From Legionella sp. W05-934-2 (GTDB lineage: Bacteria; Pseudomonadota; Gammaproteobacteria; Legionellales; Legionellaceae): 24,000 bases of DNA. The notes under the pieces are model-generated. The model was not told the origin of the DNA. It was given only the letters and a program-made list of their open reading frames with translations, and did no database searches. Position numbers and translations under genes: made by a program. This document shows positions 1-9,840 of this stretch, piece by piece; position 1 is the first letter of the stretch, and every line of letters starts with the position of its first letter. The DNA lies in assembly GCF_964199965.1 (NCBI RefSeq), contig NZ_CAXMZT010000004.1, positions 198,213 through 222,212 on the forward strand. The letters run 5' to 3'.

Positions 1-246
1 ATGGTCGTGGTTGGACTGGTTGATGGGTTAAATCAACGTGCTATCCGCACCGCATCATTAGGCCGTGAATCATCCTATGTCTTTCACCAACTCAATCGCC
101 ACGCCAAGCGAGGCCTTTTACTGTTATTAAGCTTATGGCTTGCGCTGCCCATAAGCATCACGCCTGCCTTTGTTTTTGTACCTGCAAGCCTATTGTTAGG
201 CATCATGGTTTCAATCACCGCAAGTCGATTTAAAAAATATTTGTAG
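1..246 (+). CDS. Membrane protein, possibly 5'-truncated by the window edge (T4SS operon member, family not assignable)
   Basis: Frame-1 ORF open from base 1. Hydrophobic C-terminal half (LLLLLSLWLALPISITPAFVFVPASLLLGIMV). Stops 10 nt before the next same-strand gene. Confidence 0.5.
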   Translation: MVVVGLVDGLNQRAIRTASLGRESSYVFHQLNRHAKRGLLLLLSLWLALPISITPAFVFVPASLLLGIMVSITASRFKKYL

Positions 247-255
247 GAGAAAAAC

Positions 256-579
256 ATGAAACGATTATTGTTATTACTCATATTAAGTCTGCCAATGGCC
301 TCTCATGCGAGTGACGATGCACTCAACCAAACGCTAGTCAGAATAATTAATCAGATTAATGCCATCATGCCTTTGCTTGATGAAGCAAAAACTGAAATTG
401 AGCCTAATACCCGCATCCAATTGCATATAGAACATTTTGAAGGATCTGATGGAAAGACACACCCAGGCCTTCGTACCGATTTACTATCCATTCGTAATGC
501 GCTGATTGATTACATCAATAAACCAGCCATTGAACCTAAAACCATCAAGCCGTTAGCGTTGGATTTTATAGGAAAGTGA
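256..579 (+). CDS. Small periplasmic T4SS-operon protein, at the position of the RAQPRD-family ICE protein
   Basis: 107 aa. AGGAG lies 6 nt upstream of the ATG. Signal peptide MKRLLLLLILSLPMASHA. Size and position fit the RAQPRD family, but the RAQPRD motif is not recognisable (IEPKTIKP at the equivalent place). Confidence 0.55.
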   Translation: MKRLLLLLILSLPMASHASDDALNQTLVRIINQINAIMPLLDEAKTEIEPNTRIQLHIEHFEGSDGKTHPGLRTDLLSIRNALIDYINKPAIEPKTIKPLALDFIGK

Positions 580-581
580 CT

Positions 582-845
582 ATGAGCAAAGTAGATATTG
601 CCAAAACTTTTGCTTCCAGTTTTAAACAAGCTGCGGGCGATACAACTGCAAGCGCCTACTCAAGCAGCATCCGATTTGTCGCCATCATGCTAGTCATTAT
701 TGGCCTTATTTGGTGCATTAATCAATTCATGGGTAATACAGAAAAAGAACAAGAAGGATTTCTTATCCTTCTAGGTTCCCGCTTAATCCGGATTGTTCTT
801 GGTTTTTGTTTATTCATTCTAATTTTAATCGTTAAGGGGAATTAA
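582..845 (+). CDS. Small inner-membrane T4SS protein (position and size of the PFL_4701/TIGR03758 family)
   Basis: I prefer ATG 582 (GGAAAG 5 nt upstream) over the GTG 576 in the ORF track. 87 aa with two hydrophobic segments. Stop lies 2 nt before the next start. Confidence 0.6.
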   Translation: MSKVDIAKTFASSFKQAAGDTTASAYSSSIRFVAIMLVIIGLIWCINQFMGNTEKEQEGFLILLGSRLIRIVLGFCLFILILIVKGN

Positions 846-847
846 TC

Positions 848-1240
848 ATGAAAAAGTCAATTGCAATTGCAGGTGTCAAACAATGGGGACAACGAATGGG
901 TGCAGGACTCATTACTTTAAATTATGCGCCTGCATTGTTTGCCGACAACTGGTTTCCAAAAATCTCTAATGCCGATGACATCAGTGATGGTAATAAAAGC
1001 ATGATGACAGTTACAGGTAACTATGTTCGTCAAGGCTTGGGATTATTGCTTTTTATTGCTGCTGTCATGAGTTTTATTAAATTCATCACCACCATTCAGC
1101 ACGGCATTGAAGAATCCAAGAAAAATGATGGTTCTATGGTGGCCTTTGGTACGTTTGCAGTGATGGGGATTACTTATCTTGCCATCAGTATTGTAGCAGG
1201 TTATGTCGGCTACAGCATGATTACCAAATTCAAGATTTAG
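848..1240 (+). CDS. T4SS membrane protein (position and size of the PFL_4702/TIGR03745 family)
   Basis: 130 aa. GGGGA SD. N-terminal signal/anchor and two C-terminal TM segments. Operon synteny. Confidence 0.6.
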   Translation: MKKSIAIAGVKQWGQRMGAGLITLNYAPALFADNWFPKISNADDISDGNKSMMTVTGNYVRQGLGLLLFIAAVMSFIKFITTIQHGIEESKKNDGSMVAFGTFAVMGITYLAISIVAGYVGYSMITKFKI

Positions 1241-1249
1241 GGGGGATTC

Positions 1250-1600
1250 ATGAATCAACCTTCCTCACGTCATCTGTCGTTTGATTATGAAGCCTATAAA
1301 GGGCTAAGCCTAAGAGAGCTTTTCTGGATAGTGGTGGTAACAACACAACTAATTAGCATGGGATGTGCTTTGGCAGGACTTTTTATTGGCTATCCGTTGG
1401 CCTTCGGATGTATTGGTTTCATTGTTGGTTTTATTGTATCCATTACTTTTTGCCCTAAACGAGCAGCTGCCATTAAAGCGGGTAAACCGCATGGCTATTT
1501 AATGAAAAAAACCGTGTTGTTGATGGCAAAGTGGGGGTTAAGACACTCGCCCTACATTCACCATCAAGGTGTCTGGCAAAAATCAAGACTGGTGAGGTAA
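1250..1600 (+). CDS. T4SS membrane protein (position and size of the TIGR03750 family)
   Basis: 116 aa. GGGGGG SD. Central double TM hairpin (LFWIVVVTTQLISMGCALAGLFIGYPLAFGCIGFIVGFIV). Confidence 0.6.
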   Translation: MNQPSSRHLSFDYEAYKGLSLRELFWIVVVTTQLISMGCALAGLFIGYPLAFGCIGFIVGFIVSITFCPKRAAAIKAGKPHGYLMKKTVLLMAKWGLRHSPYIHHQGVWQKSRLVR

Positions 1601-1604
1601 TTTT

Positions 1605-2267
1605 ATGTTTCATTACTGGAAAAAAGTGGACAGTTTAAATCATATCAATCGGTTGTTATTAGCCTTTGTATCCGTACTCATTTTGATTGTATTTGGCCTG
1701 ATCATTACGCTGGCTAAAATACCCAATCGTTTTGAATTTTGGCTAACACCTTCTATGAGTAGTAATGGTGGATTAGTCAAGGAAAACGCCATACCCAAAG
1801 AGTACGTTCAGGGTTTTGTTGCCACACTGCTACCCACCTTAAACACCTGGTCACAAGGTGGTAAAAAAGAATTTGCTTCTAATCTTTCAGGCTTTCATTA
1901 CTACTTCACTCCACGACATCAGGCATTAATGGATAAAACCTTGATAGCTTATAAAGATGCTCAACTTTTTAATCGCATACAAGTAGCAAGTCTTTATCGG
2001 TTTATGGAAAACGAAGATGTCAAAGTAATCGCTCATAACACATGGGAAGTTCATCTGGTTTTACGCATTACCCAACGCTTAAAAGACGATAGTCCCATGG
2101 TCATAGCGGACAAGATTGTGGACTACCATGTGCGTGTGGTCAAGGTCAATCTCTCGCGCTTACAAAATCCTTTTCAACTGGCATTGGATGGTTATACCCA
2201 ACCAGAAAAACTAATCACCGATTTATTGGCAACCAATACAAGAGGTACACAACATGACAACAACTAA
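1605..2267 (+). CDS. T4SS protein with N-terminal anchor (position and size of the PFL_4703/TIGR03746 family)
   Basis: 220 aa. GAGGT SD. Single N-terminal TM. Overlaps the next gene by 14 nt. Confidence 0.6.
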   Translation: MFHYWKKVDSLNHINRLLLAFVSVLILIVFGLIITLAKIPNRFEFWLTPSMSSNGGLVKENAIPKEYVQGFVATLLPTLNTWSQGGKKEFASNLSGFHYYFTPRHQALMDKTLIAYKDAQLFNRIQVASLYRFMENEDVKVIAHNTWEVHLVLRITQRLKDDSPMVIADKIVDYHVRVVKVNLSRLQNPFQLALDGYTQPEKLITDLLATNTRGTQHDNN

Positions 2268-3036
2268 ATGGTTATTCACCATAATTGCCTTAATTAGCAG
2301 CCAATACGCGCTAGCTCTGGATGCAGAACATGTCTTGTGGGATAAAACACCCATCCCTGTCGAACTATCCTTGAATGAGGAAAGGCTCATCCATTTTCCT
2401 CAAGCCATTAGTATTGTAGATAATGAGGCAGCCTCTCAAACCGCACTTTTGAAAATTCAGGATGCTTTGTATCTGAAAGGCAAGGACGTTTTTAAAAACA
2501 AAAGGCTCTTGGTGCAGCTCATGCCTCAAGGTGAGGTCATTATCTTAAACTTAAGCGTTAATGATAAAACTCATGATGTAAAACCAATAGAAGTACTTTT
2601 GGAATCCAAAGAAAATACCAACTCCCCTCAAGAAGTGGTTAACCCGCTGGATTTAAATGCAGTAACACTGACGCGCTTTGCCATCCAATCTTTGTATGCC
2701 CCACAAAGACTGTTGGTTATTCCTGATGGTGTGGGGCGTGTTCCTATGCAAACCCGAAAACAAGTAAGCCTTTTTTATGGTGCCAGCATCGAAGCAAGAC
2801 CATTGATTTCATGGCATGGTGGTGCATTTTATGTAACTGCGGTGGAATTGAAAAACCTGCTGAACAAGGAAGTAATTGTTGATCCTCGCCAAATGATGGG
2901 TAACTGGCAAACCGCTACCTTTTACCCCACCAACACTTTATCACCTCGTAGTAATAAAGAGTCCACTACGGTAGTTCTGGTATCAGACAGGCCCTTTGGC
3001 ACAGCGCTTTCCGCAAGTCGGGAGTACGTACGATGA
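2254..3036 (+). CDS. Periplasmic T4SS protein (position and size of the PFL_4704/TIGR03749 family)
   Basis: 260 aa. Signal peptide (LFTIIALISSQYALA). ATGA overlap with the next gene. Confidence 0.6.
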   Translation: MTTTKWLFTIIALISSQYALALDAEHVLWDKTPIPVELSLNEERLIHFPQAISIVDNEAASQTALLKIQDALYLKGKDVFKNKRLLVQLMPQGEVIILNLSVNDKTHDVKPIEVLLESKENTNSPQEVVNPLDLNAVTLTRFAIQSLYAPQRLLVIPDGVGRVPMQTRKQVSLFYGASIEARPLISWHGGAFYVTAVELKNLLNKEVIVDPRQMMGNWQTATFYPTNTLSPRSNKESTTVVLVSDRPFGTALSASREYVR

Positions 3037-4346
3037 AAAAAAATGCTGGACTCAAAATATTAACCGTAACAGTGATCGCTGTTGTTGCACTCATTATGAT
3101 AAACAGCAAACATCATGACCGTGAACCCGAAGTCACTCGCCCCGATCCCAATAATCTGAATGAAGCCATTGCCAGCCAGTTTAATGACAACATCCGTGAT
3201 GTTGCTGCAAGACTACAGGAAACCGAAAAGAAACTTGCCAATCTTGAATCGGAAAACAAGCAACTCAGAGGCAAAAAAGAAAATGTGCAGGCTTCTTATA
3301 ATCCTGAGGTGATTAAAGAAATAGAACAACTAAAATCCGAATTGGCCAATGTCAAAACCAGTCAGGAATCCCAACAAAACTCTCAACCCTACACCGTCAA
3401 TGGAGAATCGACTCTTGCCAAAGAACAAAGTGTTAAGGACATCGATGCTTTATTAATGAAACGTGAAAGTAATCCTAATGAACAAGCCTATTGGGAGGGA
3501 TTAAAGAAAAAAAAGCAAGCATTAACCCCAAAAGTTAAAACAGCAGCTTTAAACAGTATAGATAAAAAAAGTATTCCCTATTACACCATTCCAGCAGGCT
3601 CTGATTTAGGCAGAACTACCCTGTTATCGGCACTGATTGGTGAGGTGCCAGTTGAAGGCAAACTCATGCAGCCTTTATTTCCCTTCTCAGCCATTATTAA
3701 TCGTGGTGATTTAATGGCTGCTAATGGTATCCCTTTGCCTCCCAATATTTCAGGTATGAAAGTTAATGGTTATGCAATCGGTGTTGGTTCTTTTTTGGAT
3801 AACATCAGCTGTGTTCGAGCCTATGTGACCTCTGCTTTGTTTGTTTTTGATGACGGCCATTTTGTGACTGTGGGTAAAGAGCAGATGACCGGAACAGCTG
3901 AAATGGTCAATAACGAAAGTTTAGGTTATCTCACCACCGCTTTTGGTAATCCCTGCATTAAAGGCCAGTATTTTACTAATGCTCCAAGAGTACTTACGGC
4001 ACTCGTGGCTTCCGATGGGATTAAAGGGTTTGGTAATGCACTGTCTCAGTGGCAAATGACTTATACCGCCAATGCCAATGGTGCAACCGGTATCCCTACC
4101 GGTTCTATGGGCAATTATGCCTTGGGTGGCGCACTTTCCCAGGGAACAGTCAAAGCTGCTGATTGGCTGGAAAAACGCATTCAAGGCAGTTTCGACATGG
4201 TTTTCGTTCCAGCATCTCAAGGATACAGACCAACACAGCTTTCATTTCACGTCACACAAACCATCAACCTTGATAAAGAAACCAATGGGAGAGTATTAGA
4301 TTATGGCCATTTACAACAAACTGCACACGATTTTAGCCTTAGGTAG
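3033..4346 (+). CDS. T4SS core protein with N-terminal TM, coiled coil and C-terminal beta-rich domain (position and size of the PFL_4705/TIGR03752 family)
   Basis: 437 aa. TM at residues ~8-25. Coiled-coil stretch (LQETEKKLANLESENKQLRGKKE...). Operon synteny. Confidence 0.6.
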   Translation: MKKNAGLKILTVTVIAVVALIMINSKHHDREPEVTRPDPNNLNEAIASQFNDNIRDVAARLQETEKKLANLESENKQLRGKKENVQASYNPEVIKEIEQLKSELANVKTSQESQQNSQPYTVNGESTLAKEQSVKDIDALLMKRESNPNEQAYWEGLKKKKQALTPKVKTAALNSIDKKSIPYYTIPAGSDLGRTTLLSALIGEVPVEGKLMQPLFPFSAIINRGDLMAANGIPLPPNISGMKVNGYAIGVGSFLDNISCVRAYVTSALFVFDDGHFVTVGKEQMTGTAEMVNNESLGYLTTAFGNPCIKGQYFTNAPRVLTALVASDGIKGFGNALSQWQMTYTANANGATGIPTGSMGNYALGGALSQGTVKAADWLEKRIQGSFDMVFVPASQGYRPTQLSFHVTQTINLDKETNGRVLDYGHLQQTAHDFSLR

Positions 4347-4692
4347 CGTCTTGGTGCTTAGTGCTTGCGCCTCAAAGACAGTTGGCTCCACAGCTATTCC
4401 CGAAGGAGGATTGACTGTTAGCCAACTTTATCAGCAAAGCTTAGGTGATGCCATGCCTGGCTGGTCTGTACCTAAAAGACAGGCGAAGATCGTGAATTAT
4501 TCAGGGTATACACGAGATGCTTCCAACGAGATCCAACATTTGTTCAAGCCTTTGGATAACCCACAAGTTCCGATTTATGTGTTTCCTCATGTTGCTGTCA
4601 TTGGTGATGAGCAATTGTTAAAACCAGGCTATACCACAGCCTTTTTTCTCTACAAACAAAATCAATTTGCACTAGCTTCCGAACACTATTAA
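4303..4692 (+). CDS. Conjugative-transfer lipoprotein (position of the TIGR03751 family)
   Basis: 129 aa. GGGAGAG SD. Lipobox LVLSAC|ASK. Overlaps the upstream gene by 44 nt. Immediately precedes the ATPase, as in MPF_G operons. Confidence 0.7.
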   Translation: MAIYNKLHTILALGSVLVLSACASKTVGSTAIPEGGLTVSQLYQQSLGDAMPGWSVPKRQAKIVNYSGYTRDASNEIQHLFKPLDNPQVPIYVFPHVAVIGDEQLLKPGYTTAFFLYKQNQFALASEHY

Positions 4693-4702
4693 GAGGTAAA
4701 TA

Positions 4703-7477
4703 ATGAAATTATTCAGCCAAATAAGTGACTGGCTGTTAGGACAACCCAATAAACCAGCATTAACGCAACAAAACATAAAAAAAAGATTTGAGAATCACAA
4801 CCCTTCCTTTGCCAATCAATTGTCTATGGTGGATTTCAATGATGAGCTCAATTTCTTTTTACTCAATGATGGAGTCAGCATTGGTTCAGGTTTTGAATTA
4901 GCCTCCATTCCAGCGGAGGCCGCCTCTACTGAACATTTACACGCTGTATTTAGCAAAATTCGCGACACTTTTGCCACGGTCGTACCTTTGCACAAAGAAG
5001 ATCCCTGGGTGATGCAAATGTATGTCAATGACGAGTACAGTTTGAAGCCGGTTCTCTCTCATATTCAACAAAGCATTGCACCGGACATTGCTGAAACGTC
5101 CTTTACTCGTGACTATTTGGCAAGGTTGGATGATTTGTTTTGCAAGATGACAAGACCCGAAGGCTTGTTTGTTGATCCCAAAACTGATGCACCTTATCGC
5201 GGCAGACGAAGACGAATCAGAGTTTTGTTTTATCGACTCTATCAAAAAACGCAAACCACTAGAGAGCTGGCACTTGCCGAGCATCAGGAAGTCATGGCTC
5301 AGATTGAAAGCAAATTACTATCACCTGGTCTTCAACTAAAACAACTAACCGGTAAAGATTATTATCAGTGGTTGGTGCGTTGGTTTGCAGCTAACCCCGA
5401 AGAACTATTAGCTCGATTTCCTTACCCTAAAGACAAAAAACCAGCGGGCTATACTTTAAGCCAGAATATTTTGTTTTATGAACCGCAAAGTGATGAACAT
5501 GGGTTTATATTTGATGAGATGATTCATCGTATTCTTTATATCGATGGTCTTAAAGAAGCACCTGAAATTGGTCTTTTATCTCGTGAAAAACCGCAAGCCA
5601 ATCCCAAACATCGGTACGCACTTTTAGATAAGTTGCCTGAAGGTGCTACCTACACTATTCAGGTTGTCTTTGAAAATGATGAAGCCTTAGACGGGCATCT
5701 GATGCGTCTTGAAAAAGGCATCGTAGGAACAAGCCTTAAACCGTCACAAGTCAGAGAGGATATCAAAACTGCACGAGATGAATTGTCTATAGGAAACCGT
5801 CTGTTTTGGGTTAATCAATCTATTTTTTATCGTGCCAGTACGAAAGACCAGGCAGTACGCATTGAAAAAGAGCTAAAAGAATTATTTATTGAAGCCAAAA
5901 TGCCTTTGATTTCTTCTTGTTTCGACATTCATCCCATTAACAGTTATCTCAATGCCTTACCTTTTAATTTCAATCCACAATATGCTCGCCAATACTTGCG
6001 CTTTGACCGATTGATGTATGCATCCGAATTAGCCTCTTTACTGCCTGTATATGGACGTAATCAAGGGGCAAGACACCTTCCCTGTTTCACCTTTTTTAAC
6101 CGTTTGGGAGAACCAATACTCTTCGATGTGTTGCATCATGATTTTATCAGCCAAAACTCCCACATGGCCTTGTTTGCTAATTCCGGTGGCGGCAAATCAG
6201 TGGCTACAGGCTGGATGATTAATTCGCTGATGGCCACTAAAAATGCCCGCATCATTCTATTTGAAATGGGAAATTCTTTTGATCGTATACTTCTACATGC
6301 CAAAACACACGGCAAAAAAACCAAGCAGTTATTACTGAGTAATAAAAAAGATGAAGCCGTTCCATTAAATCCATTTTGTGAAGCTTATAAAGCCATTCCT
6401 GAAATCACGGACAATCTGAGTGCAGAACAAGCAACCTTAATTGCGCAAAAAATTAGAACAATCAAAGAAAATCTCGAACAGCCTGCCAGCTCAGAAGAGT
6501 TGGCCTGTAATGATGGATCTCGCTCGTATCTAGCAGAGCTGGCCTTAGCGTTGCGTACCATGATTACTGAAGCCAATGCACTGGAAGAAGAGCAATTTAC
6601 TCTGGCCGATGAAACACTGTTAATCGAAGTCTTAAGTGATGCCATCTTAACGTCATTTAATCATGATATCCCGCAAATGCTAACTGAGCATATTGTAAGT
6701 AGCTTTAAACGGCGACTGGATAAAGAAACAGTTCCTCGCAAAAAAGACCGCATTTTGGATATGCACGACCGATTAAACAGTTATGTCATTAACAGCGCCA
6801 AATCACGCTTTTTTAATGTGCCAACTGAACCTTTAGGAGATTTTGATATCTTCCATGTTGATATCTCCGCGATTAAAGATGATACCGGGAAGCTCGCTTT
6901 AGTGATGGTGTCTTTATTACCAAGAATATTGGCTATGGCAGAAGCCACTCAAAACGACAACAGACCAACCTTTCTTTTTATTGATGAATCTCATTTGCAA
7001 TTTCAAATTCCTTCAGTAGTGGCCGTGTGTTTACTGGTTGCCAAAGTAGCCAGAAAGTTAGGTCTTTGGCTTGTTGCTATTACCCAAAACGTCACCGATA
7101 TGAATTCGGAAAAAGCCACCAAGATTTTATCGCTAATTGAAACCTGGATTTTATTAGGCCTTGATGAAAAGGAAATTAGCGATGTCAAACGCTTTAAATC
7201 ATTAACTCCACAACAAGAAGCCTTAATTAAAGATATTGATTCTCAAAAAGGCTTATATGCAGAAGCGGTTTTATTAGGCTCACGTTATCAAGGATTATTT
7301 CGTGTCATTCCACCTCGCTACTTGCTTGCTCTTTTAATGACTGAAAAATCAGAAAAAGCACAGCGCCATACTCTGGAGAAAAAACATGATGTCCTTAAAG
7401 CCGCTGAATTACTTGCAGAACAACTCGAGAATAAAAAACAAAGCAAAAATCATGATGCTTATTTCTATGATGATTAG
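4703..7477 (+). CDS. traC: VirB4/TraC-like conjugative transfer ATPase (PFL_4706/TIGR03744-type)
   Basis: 924 aa. Walker A FANSGGGKSV. Walker B TFLFIDESH. Length and position are typical of the MPF_G TraC-like ATPase. Confidence 0.9.
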   Translation: MKLFSQISDWLLGQPNKPALTQQNIKKRFENHNPSFANQLSMVDFNDELNFFLLNDGVSIGSGFELASIPAEAASTEHLHAVFSKIRDTFATVVPLHKEDPWVMQMYVNDEYSLKPVLSHIQQSIAPDIAETSFTRDYLARLDDLFCKMTRPEGLFVDPKTDAPYRGRRRRIRVLFYRLYQKTQTTRELALAEHQEVMAQIESKLLSPGLQLKQLTGKDYYQWLVRWFAANPEELLARFPYPKDKKPAGYTLSQNILFYEPQSDEHGFIFDEMIHRILYIDGLKEAPEIGLLSREKPQANPKHRYALLDKLPEGATYTIQVVFENDEALDGHLMRLEKGIVGTSLKPSQVREDIKTARDELSIGNRLFWVNQSIFYRASTKDQAVRIEKELKELFIEAKMPLISSCFDIHPINSYLNALPFNFNPQYARQYLRFDRLMYASELASLLPVYGRNQGARHLPCFTFFNRLGEPILFDVLHHDFISQNSHMALFANSGGGKSVATGWMINSLMATKNARIILFEMGNSFDRILLHAKTHGKKTKQLLLSNKKDEAVPLNPFCEAYKAIPEITDNLSAEQATLIAQKIRTIKENLEQPASSEELACNDGSRSYLAELALALRTMITEANALEEEQFTLADETLLIEVLSDAILTSFNHDIPQMLTEHIVSSFKRRLDKETVPRKKDRILDMHDRLNSYVINSAKSRFFNVPTEPLGDFDIFHVDISAIKDDTGKLALVMVSLLPRILAMAEATQNDNRPTFLFIDESHLQFQIPSVVAVCLLVAKVARKLGLWLVAITQNVTDMNSEKATKILSLIETWILLGLDEKEISDVKRFKSLTPQQEALIKDIDSQKGLYAEAVLLGSRYQGLFRVIPPRYLLALLMTEKSEKAQRHTLEKKHDVLKAAELLAEQLENKKQSKNHDAYFYDD

Positions 7478-8447
7478 CATACCCATCCATGCAAGAGAAA
7501 GCATAGAGCCACCCCATCCTATTAGCAGTTTTGGTATTGCCACCAAGGTATTGGGCAGAATCTTTACCAACAGTCACTACAAGGTAATTGGTTCCTGTAC
7601 TTGGGCAGTAGAAAAATTTCCGCCTAAGCTGGTAGCTGTTCCTGCAATCGAACAGTTTTTACCTGACTTAATTGTCACAGTAGCCAATCGCCCCGAAACC
7701 AATCCATGGATTGAAGCGCGTGCCCTTTATGAAAACCCGGCAAGCCAAGCCTTGTATCAAAAAACCTATCGACTAGCGACTGGTTCAGCGCTAGGGTTTG
7801 GCGATGATGCAGGACAAACCTCAGCCATGCACATCAATGAAGAACGCACACGGGTTGTAGATGTAATTGGCAGCCCTGCAGGTCTTTATCGTTTCCCTTA
7901 TTTGTCACATAAACCTGAAACACGTTTTGGTTCTCCTTACTACATCAGTGAGGCTGATGCCGTATCAGACCGCACTGAGCTTGCTGAAATTGCTTATATG
8001 GCAACTCATCCACATCTGTTATTCAACCACGACATAGGATCCGCAACACAGTCGTGGGGACATGAAATCCCAAGGCTTATGCGAGTCACGCAGCCCTCAC
8101 GCTTTAGAGCATCCGTTGTTGTAGCCCTTCATGCAGCAGACATCGTGACCAATAAAAACAGTCTTCACGTGACCCAGAGCACCAGTAATTCTTGTGGTGC
8201 TAATTGCATAGTAGCCAATGTCATATTCGATGGCCACAACAAAAACATCATCTGGCAGGAAGTATACCCCAAAAACCGCAACATCAACTTTAATGATACC
8301 AGCGATATGGATGTAGAAGATGACAAAGCAGGAAATGGAAATTATGTCTTTGTAGTTTGGCGAAAATATCGAGGCTGTATTGCCCATGAAGGGAAATTGG
8401 TTCGCGCACTTTCATTCCCCAAAGTGGGGCATCCTCAAAAACGATAG
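7452..8447 (+). CDS. Periplasmic T4SS protein (position of the PFL_4710/TIGR03756 family)
   Basis: I prefer the start at ATG 7452 (MMLISMMISIPIHA signal peptide) over track start 7386. That start overlaps the traC end by 26 nt. 331 aa. Confidence 0.6.
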   Translation: MMLISMMISIPIHARESIEPPHPISSFGIATKVLGRIFTNSHYKVIGSCTWAVEKFPPKLVAVPAIEQFLPDLIVTVANRPETNPWIEARALYENPASQALYQKTYRLATGSALGFGDDAGQTSAMHINEERTRVVDVIGSPAGLYRFPYLSHKPETRFGSPYYISEADAVSDRTELAEIAYMATHPHLLFNHDIGSATQSWGHEIPRLMRVTQPSRFRASVVVALHAADIVTNKNSLHVTQSTSNSCGANCIVANVIFDGHNKNIIWQEVYPKNRNINFNDTSDMDVEDDKAGNGNYVFVVWRKYRGCIAHEGKLVRALSFPKVGHPQKR

Positions 8448-8456
8448 GAGTTAATC

Positions 8457-9839
8457 ATGCACAAACTGTCTCTTTCTTTACTTGCACTCATATTACCTAA
8501 AGTACTCTTAGCCAGTTCTTTTATGCCTAATGAATCGGATTATTATTACAAGTTGGGTGGATCATCCAATCTATATGTACCTCCTGTCAATAATGACCAA
8601 ACCATTACTATTGGCGGTAATGTCGATGGACGGCTTGGTTTTACCTGTAATGGGTTTAATCCTGTAGTCTCCATTACCAATACATTTCAGGATATGAAGT
8701 CTTCTGCCATGAATATTCCTGGCGGTATTATTGATAACCTCAAAGGATCTGTTGCAGGATTTCCGCTGTATAAGCTACAACAATCCATGCCTGCGCTTTA
8801 TAACGTACTGCAAAATACGGCCAGTTACGCGCAGAATGAATTTAGTGTCAAAGTCAAAGACTGCCAGGATGTGAAGAAGACCTTGGAAGAAGGCCAATCG
8901 CCTATGGAAAGCATGCTTTCTGTGTCTGATAGTCAAGGCTGGCTTGAAGCAGCAAAACGGGCGAAAACTGAAAATGTGGATGTGACTTCAACGGCTAAAA
9001 GTATTGCCAAAAAACGTGACGAATATGGACTGCCCTGGATAGGACGGGAAAGCGGGAATGCCGGTGGAACATACCAACGTCCTATCAAAGTCATTAACGA
9101 TGTAGTCATTGCGGGTTACAACATTTTACTGAATCGCAAACCGCTTAATAATGAGAAAAAACCGGATACCAAAACACCCATGACACATACTTGGCCAACA
9201 CCTGTTGATGCCAGTCAATGGGCAGTTAAAGTATTAGGCGATATTCATGTAAGCACCGCTACAGATGCAGATAAAACCAAACATGATACCAAGGCTGGCA
9301 TTGGGTTATCCGCGTTATTACAAAGTTGTGACAGCTCCAATACCTGTACATCCAATGTGTCTAAAGCACTGTGGAATCTAGTAGACAAGCAATGGCCCTT
9401 GACTGAAGAAAAACTCAAAATGGTTAGTGCATCCAACTTGATGATTACAGATGAAATCATCATCACCATACAACGTATGCCGCGGGAAGAACAAATCTTA
9501 ACTGTTTCCAAATTGGCCGAGGAAATTGCTGTACAAAACATGCTCGATAAGGCCTTGATGATGCGCCGTATTTTACAAGCTGGTCTTCAAGTACAAGAAG
9601 TACAAAACTTAAAGCCCGCGCTTGATATGGTGAAATTTGCCTTAAAGAAACTCGATGATGACATTCATTCTTTAGCTTTTGAAAGCGAAGTCCGTAAAAA
9701 AATGATGACTGAAACCTTAGGTCTTTTGATGGATATGCGAGGTAGCGATATAGCCAAGGGCTTGCCTGGTGATGATCATGAACAATCGCAAGTTAAAAAT
9801 GGCGCAGTCTATGCGAAACCTGATTCCAAAGGAGCATAA
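8457..9839 (+). CDS. Periplasmic T4SS protein (position of the PFL_4711/TIGR03755 family)
   Basis: 460 aa. AGGAG SD. Signal peptide MHKLSLSLLALILPKVLLA. Confidence 0.6.
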   Translation: MHKLSLSLLALILPKVLLASSFMPNESDYYYKLGGSSNLYVPPVNNDQTITIGGNVDGRLGFTCNGFNPVVSITNTFQDMKSSAMNIPGGIIDNLKGSVAGFPLYKLQQSMPALYNVLQNTASYAQNEFSVKVKDCQDVKKTLEEGQSPMESMLSVSDSQGWLEAAKRAKTENVDVTSTAKSIAKKRDEYGLPWIGRESGNAGGTYQRPIKVINDVVIAGYNILLNRKPLNNEKKPDTKTPMTHTWPTPVDASQWAVKVLGDIHVSTATDADKTKHDTKAGIGLSALLQSCDSSNTCTSNVSKALWNLVDKQWPLTEEKLKMVSASNLMITDEIIITIQRMPREEQILTVSKLAEEIAVQNMLDKALMMRRILQAGLQVQEVQNLKPALDMVKFALKKLDDDIHSLAFESEVRKKMMTETLGLLMDMRGSDIAKGLPGDDHEQSQVKNGAVYAKPDSKGA

Positions 9840-9840
9840 G

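Noticed and set aside
4937-5284. 115-aa reverse-strand ORF, together with other antisense or alternative-frame ORFs inside large genes: 1043-1258, 3921-4220, 4072-4299, 4816-5028, 6136-6324, 6385-6645, 7003-7188, 7395-7577, 8097-8387, 9245-9541, 10522-10734, 12185-12391, 12709-12933, 16647-16934, 18905-19132, 18940-19137 and 21490-21702
   Set aside because: Each lies wholly inside a longer, motif-supported gene on the other strand or frame. They have no SD and a low-complexity, Ser/Leu/Cys-rich composition typical of shadow ORFs in AT-rich DNA.
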